NCBI GenBank assembly: GCA_031392125.1
Contig: JANMUX010000110.1
Coordinates: forward strand, 1-48,268
Reading direction: 5' to 3'
DNA from: Acidobacteriota bacterium
GTDB taxonomy: Bacteria; Acidobacteriota; Vicinamibacteria; Vicinamibacterales; UBA2999
Length of the DNA: 48,268 nucleotides
The translations under genes were made by a program, and so were the position numbers. This document shows positions 1-9,524 of this stretch, piece after piece. Below the pieces are notes generated by a model. The model was not told the DNA's origin. It worked only from the letters and a program-made list of their open reading frames with translations, and ran no database searches. How positions within the stretch are numbered: position 1 is the first letter of the stretch; each line of letters opens with the position of its first letter.

Positions 1-949
1 CGCGCAGTCTCTCGTTCCCTAAATCTCTTTTGCATCCCTCTATCGCTGACGAAGTTTGGCTCGATATTGTGCGAGGAGATGTTGAAACAGCCCAGTTGTA
101 GGAAACGATTGTTCGACCCGTCGCCGGCCGGGAAGCACTGGCATTGAAGAAGATCGTCTGATTGGTACCCGGGTTGGCGGGCGAGATCGTCATGCTGGCG
201 GTCGGCGGCGTGCTCGCCGACACGGTCACCGTCCGCGCGGTTGTCGCTTGCGCGCCCCGGCTGTCGGTCAAGGTCAAGACCGCGACAAAGTTTCCCGGGT
301 TGCGATAGTCATGAGTCGTCGTAATGCCGGCGCCGGTGGTTCCGTCACCAAAATTCCATGAGTAGCTGCAGGCACTCGAGCACGCCGACCCGTTGTTGGT
401 GCTGGTCGAGGCGTCGAAGCTGGCGGTCGAGAACGCTTGCGGCGACGCGGGCGTCACCGTGAATGCCGGCGCCAGGCCAGGATTGCTTGGCAGGATGACG
501 CCCTGAGGGACCAGGCGAATGTCGACCCGCCGGCTCAGTTCACTGCGGAAGTCGCCCGAGTCCGTCGGCGTGACCGCAATCGTAATTGTCTGCGGCACCT
601 GCGCCGCGGCCAATGGCGAAGCGGGCGGCGCCGTGTACCGCAAGGTCGATCCCGTGAGCGGCGCCTTCGTGCTCAGGACTCCATAGTCCTGGACCACGCC
701 GTCGACGAGAATCTCGGCACGCAGCGGCCGGCCGGTCAACAGCTGCCCGGCAGAGTCGCGGGCAGTGATGTCGATGGTGGCACTGCTGACACCGTCCTGG
801 ATAAGGGTGTCGGTGTTCGCGGTCAGCAGAATGGAGTACCCAAGGGTCGAGGGGCCGGCGAGCGCCGGGATCTCGACGTCCTTGACTGTGCAGCTCGCGG
901 AGAGCGCCAGCCCAACCAGGCAGGTCAGAAGCTTAAATGACGTTTTCAT
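1..949 (-). CDS. PKD-domain lipoprotein, 3'-truncated; not in the ORF track because it has no stop in the window
   Basis: Hand-translated from ATG at 949: MKTSFKLLTCLVGLALSASC (lipobox), an Ig-like region, PKD1 with YSWNFGDGTT..THDY..PG, then a second PKD that breaks after SYNW at about 92. Confidence 0.85.
   Translation of the reverse strand, partial: MKTSFKLLTCLVGLALSASCTVKDVEIPALAGPSTLGYSILLTANTDTLIQDGVSSATIDITARDSAGQLLTGRPLRAEILVDGVVQDYGVLSTKAPLTGSTLRYTAPPASPLAAAQVPQTITIAVTPTDSGDFRSELSRRVDIRLVPQGVILPSNPGLAPAFTVTPASPQAFSTASFDASTSTNNGSACSSACSYSWNFGDGTTGAGITTTHDYRNPGNFVAVLTLTDSRGAQATTARTVTVSASTPPTASMTISPANPGTNQTIFFNASASRPATGRTIVSYNWAVSTSPRTISSQTSSAIEGCKRDLGNERLR
3..92 (+). pseudogene. Fragment of an unrelated gene, resembling a TIGR02391-family protein, fused to the PKD gene at a junction
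   Basis: Frame +3 reads RSLSFPKSLLHPSIADEVWLDIVRGDVETA, resembling my recollection of the LLHP..VW....RGD..TAVF segment of TIGR02391 proteins. GC is 44/90 by hand count, well below the rest of the window. Confidence 0.4.
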
Positions 950-968
950 GATGTTGTAACCCACGCAC

Positions 969-1613
969 TTACTCGTCGCCGAAATCGCCGAAATGGACAT
1001 CGATGGACCCCGAAATCGACACTTCATTGCCAGCCTGATCGCGCCCGTAGAACGTGACCTCAGCGATCGTGGAGAGTCCGATCAACCCGCGTCCACCGAC
1101 CATGGTAATCAGGGGACGTTCCTGCTTGGCCTGATGGCGAACGAGGTCAAAGTTCACTTGCACGCTCCCCCCAATTGGGATGTTGGCGGTCGTTCCACCG
1201 TCAAACCCGTACGGCACATCGACGCCTTCCGTGTTCCGGCCGTCACTGCGTCGAAAGCGCACGCGGTAGCGATTGATCGTGATGGAGCTCAAGGCCGTTG
1301 GCGTCGTCGGGCTCAGCGAGTTCTTCATCTCGGCGCGAATCGTCGCGCGGCCAGTGTCGTTGAAGATGGTCGGCTGCCGCACCGTCACACCGTTGACGGT
1401 CACGTCCACCAGCACCTGCACATCGGACAGCAGGCTCGAGCTAAAGGTCGACGAGCCGCTGCTACTGCCAGCTGCGGCGCCGACGCTCTCCATAATCAGG
1501 TAGGCCGGCCCGGAACCGGTGCGTGCCAAGTCGGCGCACGAGGTAACGGATAGCCCGCACATGGCGGCGGCCAACACGCCTTTGAAGGAACGAACAAGGT
1601 TTGGTGTGCTCAT
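969..1613 (-). CDS. Uncharacterised lipoprotein downstream of pilQ
   Basis: 214 aa ORF with a signal peptide and lipobox-like LSVTSC, beta-rich, 5 bp after the pilQ stop. Confidence 0.8.
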   Translation of the reverse strand: MSTPNLVRSFKGVLAAAMCGLSVTSCADLARTGSGPAYLIMESVGAAAGSSSGSSTFSSSLLSDVQVLVDVTVNGVTVRQPTIFNDTGRATIRAEMKNSLSPTTPTALSSITINRYRVRFRRSDGRNTEGVDVPYGFDGGTTANIPIGGSVQVNFDLVRHQAKQERPLITMVGGRGLIGLSTIAEVTFYGRDQAGNEVSISGSIDVHFGDFGDE

Positions 1614-1618
1614 ATGCC

Positions 1619-3931
1619 CTACTTCAGGATCTTGGGAGTGATGAAGATCAGGAGTTCGTCCTGGCTCTCGCGATTGGTGTCGTTCTTGAACAACCAGCCC
1701 AGTAGCGGGACCCGGTGCAACAACGGCGTGCGGTCGCTGGTCGTCGCTTCCTGGCTGTTGTAGATGCCGCCGATCACGGTGGTGTCACCGTCGGCGACCA
1801 GCACCGTGGTCTGGGCGGCCTGCTTGTCAATCGACGGGGTCGGTTGCGCCGCGGACGTCTGCGAGTAGTTGGGCGCCGACTTGTCGACGACGATCCGCAT
1901 GATGACGGTGTTCGAGGCCGTGATCTGCGGCGTCACGCGCAGCACCAGGGCGGCCGGAATGAAGGTCACCGTCACGGTGTTGTTCGAGATCGTCTGCACG
2001 GGAATCTGCGAACCCTGCGTGATCTCGGCCTCGATGTTGTTTTGCGTCGACACCCGCGGACTCGAGACAATGCGGACCTTACCCGAGGTCTCCAGCGCTC
2101 GCAGGGCGACATCGAGGTTGAGCGCGCCGTTGATCGATCCAAGCGCGAGGCCGAGGGCCGAGGGTGCCGCGAGGTTCACACCCCCGGTGCCTCCGGTCAG
2201 GACGGCGCTGCTCGGAAACGCCAGTCCGGTACTCGTGCCGACCGAGGGATCCACGCGCCCGCCAAAGCCCCAGGAGATGCCCAGTTCCTTGGCGAAGTTG
2301 CGGTTGAGCGTGATGATGCGCGCTTCGATCTCAACCTGTGGCTGCGGCCGATCGAGTTTGCTGATCAACTCGGACGCGGCCTGCAGGCGGTCCGCTAAAT
2401 CGCGAACGATCAGCGTGTTGGTGCGCACATCGACCTGAATTTCACCGTACTGAGACAACGAGCTCTTGGTGACAATGGGAATCAGGTCGGCTGCCTTGGC
2501 ATAGCTCAGCGGAATCGTGACGATCCGACGATCGTTCGACGCCGCAGCAGCGAGGGCTGAATCCGCGCGCTTCTTGCGATCGTCGTCTTCGGCCTGGAAC
2601 ACGCTGTTCGGGGCGATGCGGACGATGTTGCCGTCGACGGCGTAATCGAGTTTGTTCGCGCGAAGAATAATGTCGAGGGCTTGATCCCACGGCACGTCGC
2701 GCAAGGCAACGTCGACCGTGCCTTGGATGGTGGAGTCGAGCACAACATTCAAGCCACTGATGTCGGCGAACGTGCGTAACACCGCGCGCAGATCGGCGCC
2801 CTGGAAATCCAGCGTGATGGGGTCGCCGGTGAACGTGCGCGGACCTTGCGAGGTGCCCTGCTGCAGCACGCTCACTCCGGCCGGCACCTGGGCCGCCGCC
2901 GGCGCTGGTGCTGGAGCCGCGAGCGCCGCCACCGGCGGCAGGCTCCGGACTGCAGCCGGCGGAATTACTTCGGCCACTTCGCGAGTCACGACAGGTGCCG
3001 CTGGACGTGCGACGACGGCGGGCGCGGGGGCCAATGCCGCAGACGCCTCGACCGCGCGATTGAACAGGATGCGGATTTCCTCGCCGACGGTTTCAATCGT
3101 GTACGGGAGCTTGCGCACCAGGTCGATCACCACGCGGGTGATCAATGGCTCGCGGCTGTTGGTAGCGACACGAACCCGCTCGATGCCCGCGGCGTTGACG
3201 TTGGTGACGGCCGCGACGCGTCCGGCGGCAACTCCTTGGAAATCCAGGAGGACCCGCGCCGGCAAGTCGCGCGCTTCTTCCACAGACGAGGCCACCAGCG
3301 TCCCGTTGCCCGCCAGCGTGACGGCAAAGCCGTTCGGCATCTCGCCGGTCGTCACGGCTCGCAGCTCGGTGGCGACGGCACGAGTTCCGGTGTCACGCAC
3401 CGTCAGTGCCGGCGTGGCCACGGTCGCCGCGGTGAAGGCCGGCGCTCGCGGCGCGAGCGTGGGCACGGTCGCGGCCCGGGCTGTCGCCGGTGCGTTCGCT
3501 GCCCTGTCGACCTCGACGAGGATCGTGTTGCGCGAACTGCGCACGCGATGCTTGGCGGCGCGATCGAGGCGCACGCGGACGCGCGCCACCGGCGAGCCGT
3601 CCGGCGCGCTGGCGCCTTCGATGACCACACCGGCCACCGGCGCCAGCATTGCTGTCACCGGCTTGCCGTCCAGGCCACCGGCGTTCACGTTCCTCAGATC
3701 GACGAGGACCGTCAGCGGGTCGGGCTGGCTGGGGAGATACGCCACTGGCTCGCTGGACTCGATCAGCACCGTGCTGACCGTGCCGTCGAGCCGTGACGAA
3801 ATGGAACGTAGGGCTGGGGTGTCGGCGCCGGTTCCGCTATGCGAAATCGGTCCGCTGGCCGTCAACGTGACGGCCAGGGCTGCGGCCAAAGGCGCAGCCA
3901 ATACCAGTCGAGGAATGCGACCGTGCATCAC
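1619..3931 (-). CDS. pilQ: Type IV pilus secretin PilQ with N-terminal AMIN-like domains
   Basis: FTGDPITLDFQGADLRAVLRTFADISGLN, VPWDQALD, QVEIEARI, PLLGWLFK, ELLIFITPKI; last gene of pilMNOP. Confidence 0.95.
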   Translation of the reverse strand: MMHGRIPRLVLAAPLAAALAVTLTASGPISHSGTGADTPALRSISSRLDGTVSTVLIESSEPVAYLPSQPDPLTVLVDLRNVNAGGLDGKPVTAMLAPVAGVVIEGASAPDGSPVARVRVRLDRAAKHRVRSSRNTILVEVDRAANAPATARAATVPTLAPRAPAFTAATVATPALTVRDTGTRAVATELRAVTTGEMPNGFAVTLAGNGTLVASSVEEARDLPARVLLDFQGVAAGRVAAVTNVNAAGIERVRVATNSREPLITRVVIDLVRKLPYTIETVGEEIRILFNRAVEASAALAPAPAVVARPAAPVVTREVAEVIPPAAVRSLPPVAALAAPAPAPAAAQVPAGVSVLQQGTSQGPRTFTGDPITLDFQGADLRAVLRTFADISGLNVVLDSTIQGTVDVALRDVPWDQALDIILRANKLDYAVDGNIVRIAPNSVFQAEDDDRKKRADSALAAAASNDRRIVTIPLSYAKAADLIPIVTKSSLSQYGEIQVDVRTNTLIVRDLADRLQAASELISKLDRPQPQVEIEARIITLNRNFAKELGISWGFGGRVDPSVGTSTGLAFPSSAVLTGGTGGVNLAAPSALGLALGSINGALNLDVALRALETSGKVRIVSSPRVSTQNNIEAEITQGSQIPVQTISNNTVTVTFIPAALVLRVTPQITASNTVIMRIVVDKSAPNYSQTSAAQPTPSIDKQAAQTTVLVADGDTTVIGGIYNSQEATTSDRTPLLHRVPLLGWLFKNDTNRESQDELLIFITPKILK

Positions 3932-4428
3932 TTGACCTCTTCTCCACCGCGCAGAAACTTGCGCACTTCGCGCTGTTTTTCGAGCGACAGCGGATCGTTA
4001 ACTTGCTGAAGAATTACTACTACTTGCGCCGTAATCGTGCGAATGACGCCGTCGAACAACTTGTCACCGGAACGAACCGTGAAGACCTTGCCATCGGGGC
4101 CCGCCACCATCGCCAGCCACGCGCCGCGGCTCTGCACGATGCCGCGTACCACCAGGCCATTGGTCTCGAGGCCGGGCACACCCTCCGGACGTTTTGTCGT
4201 GGCACTGGCGCCGCGGACCGCATCGGTGCCGCGATTCACCAGGTCAAGGAAGGGATCGCGCCGTCCCTCCGAGCTGTACTGAAAGTTCGGGGGCGGCGAT
4301 GGCAGCGCGGGCTTGGGCGCGGTGGCCGGCGTGGCCGGCGGCGTCGCGGGCGCAGCGGGAGCCTGCGCGCGGACTGCGGCTCCGGCGCCTGCCAGTAGAA
4401 GAACGATGACGAGTGGACTGATGCGCAT
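3928..4428 (-). CDS. pilP: PilP-like type IV pilus assembly protein
   Basis: Start MRISPL overlaps the pilO stop (TGATG); Y..EGRRDPF motif; lies between pilO and pilQ. Confidence 0.8.
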   Translation of the reverse strand: MRISPLVIVLLLAGAGAAVRAQAPAAPATPPATPATAPKPALPSPPPNFQYSSEGRRDPFLDLVNRGTDAVRGASATTKRPEGVPGLETNGLVVRGIVQSRGAWLAMVAGPDGKVFTVRSGDKLFDGVIRTITAQVVVILQQVNDPLSLEKQREVRKFLRGGEEVK

Positions 4429-5057
4429 CACGACTTGGCCGGCGCTTTCTTGGCGACGGCTTTCTTGCCCTTCTTGGTATCGACCGGGGCGGCCGCCTGC
4501 TCCACCAGCACGAACGTCGTCGCTGTGCAAGTGATGGTCATGGTGGCGCCGGCCGTGGGTGTGTCTTTCTGCGCGAGCGTCAGCCCACCGATGTTGATAA
4601 TGCGTGGGAACTTGCTGACCCGGTCGAGGAACAGGCCCAAGTCGTGGTAATTGCCTTCGAGTTGCAGGCTAATCGGCCACTCGGCGTGCATTTCCTTCAA
4701 GCTGATGGCCTGCGGCCGGAAGCCGCGGATCACGAGATTCGACTGGACGGCCAGCGTCTGCACGCGGCGCAGCAGGTCGCCGGCGTCGCGCTCGTCTGGC
4801 AGAATCGGCTTGAGGCTTTCGAGCCGCGCTTCGAGTTCGGTTACCTGCGCGCGGAACTCGGGCAACTGGCGCGCGGTGGCCTGGCCCTTGCTGATGCGGC
4901 CGCGAATCGTGCTCAGCTCTCGAGACTTGGTCTCGATCACCGCCTGCCGCGGCATTTCGTAGAAGTAATAGAACGCGCCGGCGCCCGCCAGCGACAGCGC
5001 CACGAACAGGCCGAGCTGCGCCTGCCACTGTAACTTGCCGAGAGAGAAGCTAGCCAC
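4428..5057 (-). CDS. pilO: Type IV pilus assembly protein PilO
   Basis: N-terminal TM, coiled coil, LP...., G.YHDLGLFLDRVSKFPRIIN; GTG start at 5057 chosen (5066 is the alternative). Confidence 0.9.
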   Translation of the reverse strand: MASFSLGKLQWQAQLGLFVALSLAGAGAFYYFYEMPRQAVIETKSRELSTIRGRISKGQATARQLPEFRAQVTELEARLESLKPILPDERDAGDLLRRVQTLAVQSNLVIRGFRPQAISLKEMHAEWPISLQLEGNYHDLGLFLDRVSKFPRIINIGGLTLAQKDTPTAGATMTITCTATTFVLVEQAAAPVDTKKGKKAVAKKAPAKS

Positions 5058-5667
5058 GCCGCCCACCCTTCTTGGTGGTCACAGGCGCGGGCGGATCGAC
5101 GCCCGCCATCTGGAACGTGCCGCGAATCGTGAACTGGATGAGATCCGGCGTCTTGCCGTCGCCACTGACCACCACGCTATCGACGATCTCGACCGGCCGC
5201 GCGAAGTAGCGGGACGCCTCGAGATTGCCAACGAAATCCGACAACGACGTCAAGGTGAGGCAGCGCCCCTGGAGCGTCAATGCATAACCTTCCTGCTTGA
5301 TGTCGGTGAGCCACGTCATGTCTGGCAGCGCACGGCTGATCTGGTCGATCATGTGCACCGGGGCGTTCTGGCCCTTGCGCAGTTCATCGATCAAGGCCAC
5401 GCGCTGTTCCAGCTTCTGCTTGCGCGCCTCGAACTCGGCGACCTGCTTCAAGATCTCGGCGAGTCGCAGCTCTTCGCGCTGGGCCGCGTCGATTTCGCGC
5501 GCGACCTGGGCTTCCTGCTGGCCGACGGCCCAATAGCGCCAGCCAACCCCGACCAGCGTCAATACCAGCAGCAAGCTGCCAATCACGGTGATCTTCTGGC
5601 CAGCCTGGAATCCCTTGCTGACCGCCTTGACGCTGCGGCGTTCGCTGAGGAGGTTGATCCGAATCAT
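5050..5667 (-). CDS. pilN: Type IV pilus assembly protein PilN
   Basis: MIRINLL N-terminal motif, TM, coiled coil, LP..TWLT. Confidence 0.92.
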   Translation of the reverse strand: MIRINLLSERRSVKAVSKGFQAGQKITVIGSLLLVLTLVGVGWRYWAVGQQEAQVAREIDAAQREELRLAEILKQVAEFEARKQKLEQRVALIDELRKGQNAPVHMIDQISRALPDMTWLTDIKQEGYALTLQGRCLTLTSLSDFVGNLEASRYFARPVEIVDSVVVSGDGKTPDLIQFTIRGTFQMAGVDPPAPVTTKKGGRRG

Positions 5668-6728
5668 CGGTCGGCCACCTTTCGGAGCGCGAGGCCCATG
5701 GCCACGGCAGCAACCGATGCCAGGTCTTCGACGCTGTCAATCCCGAGCTTCTTGGGATCGCACGCCACCTGGCGGAACGGATCGAAGCGCTCGACTTCGG
5801 TGTTGAAGCGCTCGCGCAGCGACTCGGCGAAGCCGTCGACGCGCGACGCGCCGCCACACAGCATGATGCGATCGATGCGGTCGCTGGCAGCCGTCGCCTT
5901 GAAGAAGTCGAACGTCTTCTCCACTTCCAGCAACACGTTGTCGGTCATCGCGCGCAGCACCGCGCGCGCGTCCTCGAAGGTGGCGCCATCGACGTCCTGC
6001 CCCTTCTTGAGCATTTCCGCCGCTTCGTACGGCAGGTTCAGTTCCTTCTGCACCGCTTCGGTAAACGCGTTGCCGCCAATTGAGACGTCGCGCGTGAACA
6101 CCGACTGCGACCCGGTCAGGATGTTGATGTTGATGGCGCTGGCGCCGGCGTTCAGGATGGCAACCACCGCGGTGGGCTCGAAGCCGTAGTGGGCCTCGAA
6201 CGCGTTCTGCAGCGCGACCACGTCGACATCGACAATCACCGGCGTCCGGCCGGCCTGAGCGATGACGTTGGTGTAGTCGGCGATCTTGTCCTTCTTGGCG
6301 GCCACCAGCAGCACTTCCATGCTGCCCTGGCTGTCTTGGCCGGTCCCGGGGTCGAGAATCTCGTAGTCGAGATTGACGTCCTGGATGTCGAAGGGGATGT
6401 ACTGCTCGGCTTCCCAGTAAATCGACTCGGACAGCTCGGACTCGGTCATTGCCGGCAGCGTGATCTTCTTGACGATCACCGAGTTGCCCGACAGTGACGC
6501 GACGATGTCCTTGGCTTTGAATCGCTTGTTGGCAAACAGCCGGCGCACGGCATCGGCGACCGCGCCACTGTCGATGATGGCACCGTCAACAATGCTGTCG
6601 GGCGGAACCGACTCGACCCCGATGGCCGAAACCCGGTAGCCCTTGCCTGACGCTTTCAGTTCGATGGCCTTGACAGAGCTCGACCCGATGTCGAGACCTA
6701 CCAGGCTTTTTGGTCGACGGAACAGCAC
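5664..6728 (-). CDS. pilM: Type IV pilus assembly protein PilM (actin-like)
   Basis: VGLDIGSSSVK, EAEQYIPF, VLLVAAKK, LCGGAS; likely GTG start at 6728. Confidence 0.95.
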   Translation of the reverse strand: MLFRRPKSLVGLDIGSSSVKAIELKASGKGYRVSAIGVESVPPDSIVDGAIIDSGAVADAVRRLFANKRFKAKDIVASLSGNSVIVKKITLPAMTESELSESIYWEAEQYIPFDIQDVNLDYEILDPGTGQDSQGSMEVLLVAAKKDKIADYTNVIAQAGRTPVIVDVDVVALQNAFEAHYGFEPTAVVAILNAGASAININILTGSQSVFTRDVSIGGNAFTEAVQKELNLPYEAAEMLKKGQDVDGATFEDARAVLRAMTDNVLLEVEKTFDFFKATAASDRIDRIMLCGGASRVDGFAESLRERFNTEVERFDPFRQVACDPKKLGIDSVEDLASVAAVAMGLALRKVADR

Positions 6729-6988
6729 TTTACGTTGTCTCCAGACCAAGCCAAGGGGCAAACTGAATACCATCTGGCTCGAGGGGTGCGAATTCAACAA
6801 AATCGGCCTAGAACACCGAAAATGGATATTCAGGGTGGCGTTAGGGGATCAGGCCGACATACAGTTTCGTAAGCGACTAACGCTTTTTGTATGTATTCGA
6901 TGGCTGCCGGATCCTTTCGCGCCACCGGACATATCGGAAGCTGAGCCGAGAGGCTACAGGGTCGAGCGGGCGCTGACGAGCGGCCACC

Positions 6989-7017
6989 TTGTCTTCGGGC
7001 CGAAATACCTGTATTAT
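6989..7017 (+). promoter_or_regulatory. Candidate sigma70 promoter for the rplM operon
   Basis: TTGTCT-N17-TATTAT about 70 bp upstream of the rplM ATG. Confidence 0.5.
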
Positions 7018-7087
7018 CTTGGTTTGCCGTCCCCCGCTTGGAGGCCGGAGAGAATGCTTGATTGCAAGCCGCACCAGGAAGATATCG

Positions 7088-7519
7088 ATGCAGACTTACG
7101 TACCACCAGTGAAGACCATGCCCATCAAGTGGCATGTGATTGACGCCAATGGCAAGGTCCTTGGCCGAATTGCCACCGACGCCGCCAAGCTGCTCCAGGG
7201 CAAGCACAAAGCGATTTACACGCCCTATCTCGACACTGGCGATCACGTGGTGATCGTCAACGTTGACAAGGTCAAGCTGACCGGCCGCAAGGACGAGCAG
7301 AAGGTCTACCAGCGCCACAGCGGCTACCCGGGCGGCCTGCGCACCGATCGCGCCAAGGTGGTTCGCGCCGAGAACCCGATGCGCATGGTGGAACAAGCCG
7401 TGCGCGGCATGTTGCCCAAGTCGAAGCTCGGCGACGCCATGTATCGCAAGTTGAATGTGTATGCCGGTGACAAGCACCCGCACGCCGCCCAGAAACCCAC
7501 CGCTTTCGAGGTCGCATAA
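7088..7519 (+). CDS. rplM: 50S ribosomal protein L13
   Basis: [45 protein letters not shown]. Confidence 0.98.
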   Translation: MQTYVPPVKTMPIKWHVIDANGKVLGRIATDAAKLLQGKHKAIYTPYLDTGDHVVIVNVDKVKLTGRKDEQKVYQRHSGYPGGLRTDRAKVVRAENPMRMVEQAVRGMLPKSKLGDAMYRKLNVYAGDKHPHAAQKPTAFEVA

Positions 7520-7520
7520 C

Positions 7521-7913
7521 TTGGCAGCCACTCAATACTACGCAACCGGTCGCCGCAAGGAATCTACCGCCCGCGTGTTCCTTCGTCCCGGCACCGGCGC
7601 CATCAAGGTCAACAAGCGTGAATTCGTCGAGTTCTTCCCGCGCGAGACCCTCCGCATCCTGGTGAAGTCCCCGCTCATCCTCACCGAAACCGCTGAACAG
7701 TTCGACATCCTGGCCACCGTCTCGGGCGGCGGCATGACGGGACAGGCGGGCGCGATTCGCCTGGGCATCTCCCGCGCGCTGTGCGAGTTCAACCTCGAAC
7801 TGCGACCGAAGCTCAAGAAAGACGGCCTGCTCACGCGCGATGCGCGCGCGAAAGAGCGCAAGAAATACGGGATGGCCGGCGCCCGTAAGCGATTCCAGTT
7901 CAGCAAGCGTTAA
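7521..7913 (+). CDS. rpsI: 30S ribosomal protein S9
   Basis: TTG start; [44 protein letters not shown]. Confidence 0.98.
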   Translation: MAATQYYATGRRKESTARVFLRPGTGAIKVNKREFVEFFPRETLRILVKSPLILTETAEQFDILATVSGGGMTGQAGAIRLGISRALCEFNLELRPKLKKDGLLTRDARAKERKKYGMAGARKRFQFSKR

Positions 7914-7934
7914 TACATCATGGTTGGAGGCAGC

Positions 7935-8750
7935 TTGACCCCGCTCGCGATGAAGGACCTGCTTGAAGCAGGCGTGCACTTCGGACACCAGACCAAGCGT
8001 TGGAATCCCAAGATGAAGCCGTTCATCTTCGGGGAGCGCAGTGGCATCTATATTCTCGACCTCGGCAAGACCGTCAAGCACTACCGAGAGGCCGAGGACT
8101 TTGTGCGCCAGCTGGCAGCCGAAGGCAAGTCGATCCTTTTCGTGGGCACCAAGCGCCAGGCGCAGGACGTGGTCGCGGAAGAAGCGACGCGCTGCGGCAT
8201 GTACTACGTCAACGAACGCTGGCTCGGCGGCCTGCTGACCAACTTCACCACCATTCAGCGCAGCCTCAACCGCCTGCGCGATCTCGAGGCGATGTCCACC
8301 GACGGCCGCTACGAGACGATGCCCAAGAAGGAAATCGCGAAGGCCGAGAAGGAGAAGCGCAAGCTGCTCAAGAACCTCGAGGGCATTCGCCACATGGGCC
8401 GCCTGCCCGACGCGCTGTTCGTCGTTGATACCCGCAAGGAACAGATCGCCGTCGACGAGGCGCGCAAACTGAAAATCCCGGTCATCGGCATCGTCGACAC
8501 CAACTGCGATCCCGATCAGATCGACTACGTGATCCCGGGCAACGACGACGCACTGCGTTCGGTCAAGTTGTTCGTGTCGCGCGTGGCTGATGCCGTCATT
8601 GACGGCCGCGGCCAGCGTGAATCGGCGATGGCCGAGCAGGTGGCGAGCGAGGCCGAAGCGGCTGCCGCTCACGAAGCCAGCCGCACCGTCCGCCCCGCCG
8701 ACATTCGCAAGCCCCAGCGTCCTGCAGAGACGCCCGCCCCCACGGCCTAA
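7935..8750 (+). CDS. rpsB: 30S ribosomal protein S2
   Basis: [41 protein letters not shown]; GGAGG upstream of TTG at 7935. Confidence 0.98.
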   Translation: MTPLAMKDLLEAGVHFGHQTKRWNPKMKPFIFGERSGIYILDLGKTVKHYREAEDFVRQLAAEGKSILFVGTKRQAQDVVAEEATRCGMYYVNERWLGGLLTNFTTIQRSLNRLRDLEAMSTDGRYETMPKKEIAKAEKEKRKLLKNLEGIRHMGRLPDALFVVDTRKEQIAVDEARKLKIPVIGIVDTNCDPDQIDYVIPGNDDALRSVKLFVSRVADAVIDGRGQRESAMAEQVASEAEAAAAHEASRTVRPADIRKPQRPAETPAPTA

Positions 8751-8771
8751 GCGCCACACGGGCTTCCCTTC

Positions 8772-8802
8772 CGCGCCGGCTGCGATAACACGGGCCGGCG
8801 CG
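8772..8802 (+). terminator. GC-rich hairpin after rpsB (stabiliser or weak terminator)
   Basis: Perfect 9-bp stem CGCGCCGGC/GCCGGCGCG with no clear U-tract. Confidence 0.35.
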
Positions 8803-8819
8803 ATTCGTGTACGGACAAT

Positions 8820-8907
8820 GGTCCTAGGGTCTTGAGGTCCTAGGGTCTTGAATATCTTTTCTTAAGTGGCCCTGAGACCCCAAGACCTTAGGCCCCAGAG
8901 ACCTCGG
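8820..8907. repeat. Inverted pair of 8-mer tandem repeat arrays
   Basis: Left arm GGTCCTAG GGTCTTGA GGTCCTAG GGTCTTGA; 16-nt AT-rich spacer; right arm GGCCCTGA GACCCCAA GACCTTAG GCCCCAGA GACCTCGG, approximately the reverse complement. Confidence 0.8.
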
Positions 8908-8917
8908 AGTAATTGAA

Positions 8918-9523
8918 ATGGCAGCGACAGCAGCACAGGTCAAGGAACTGCGCGACAAGACCGGCGCAGGCATGATGGATTGCAAGGCCGCACTCGACGA
9001 GTCGGGCGGCGATGTAGAGAAGGCCGTCGACATCCTCCGCAAGAAGGGTCTGGCCCAGGCGGCCAAGCGCGCCGGACGCCTCGCCAAGGACGGCATGATC
9101 GGTCACTACATCCACATGGGCGGCAAAGTCGGCGTGCTGGTGGAAGTGAACTGCGAGACCGACTTCGTTGCGCGCACGCCCGAGTTCCAGACGCTCGCGA
9201 AAGAGATCGCCATGCATATTGCTGCGGCCAGCCCGCTGGTAGTACGGCGCGAAGAGCTGGGTCCTGAGGTCCTCGACAAAGAGCGCGAGATCTACCGCGC
9301 CCAGTTCGCGGACTCGGGCAAGCCGGCCAACGTGATCGACAAGATTATTGAAGGCAAGCTCGACAGCTACTACTCGCAGGTCTGCCTGATGGACCAGCCG
9401 TCGGTTCGTGACCCGAACGTGACGATCAAGCAGATGGTCGCGGCCGCGACCGCGAAGACCGGCGAGAACGTGACGATTACGCGCTTCGTTCGCTTCAAAC
9501 TCGGCGAACTCGCTCAAGAATAG
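8918..9523 (+). CDS. tsf: Elongation factor Ts (short form)
   Basis: VKELRDKTGAGMMDCK.AL, EVNCETDFVA, I.RFVRF.LGE. Confidence 0.98.
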   Translation: MAATAAQVKELRDKTGAGMMDCKAALDESGGDVEKAVDILRKKGLAQAAKRAGRLAKDGMIGHYIHMGGKVGVLVEVNCETDFVARTPEFQTLAKEIAMHIAAASPLVVRREELGPEVLDKEREIYRAQFADSGKPANVIDKIIEGKLDSYYSQVCLMDQPSVRDPNVTIKQMVAAATAKTGENVTITRFVRFKLGELAQE

Positions 9524-9524
9524 G

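Noticed and set aside
54-88. Sequence ending GTTGAAAC, resembling a CRISPR repeat end or an IS terminus
   Set aside because: Single copy with no spacers, cas genes or transposase; better explained as coding sequence of the fused gene fragment.
2718-3935. Long antisense and alternate-frame ORFs throughout (for example 2718-3935, 7272-8759, 21430-22782, 33342-34721)
   Set aside because: Shadow ORFs typical of high-GC DNA; they overlap genes with clear family motifs and have none of their own.
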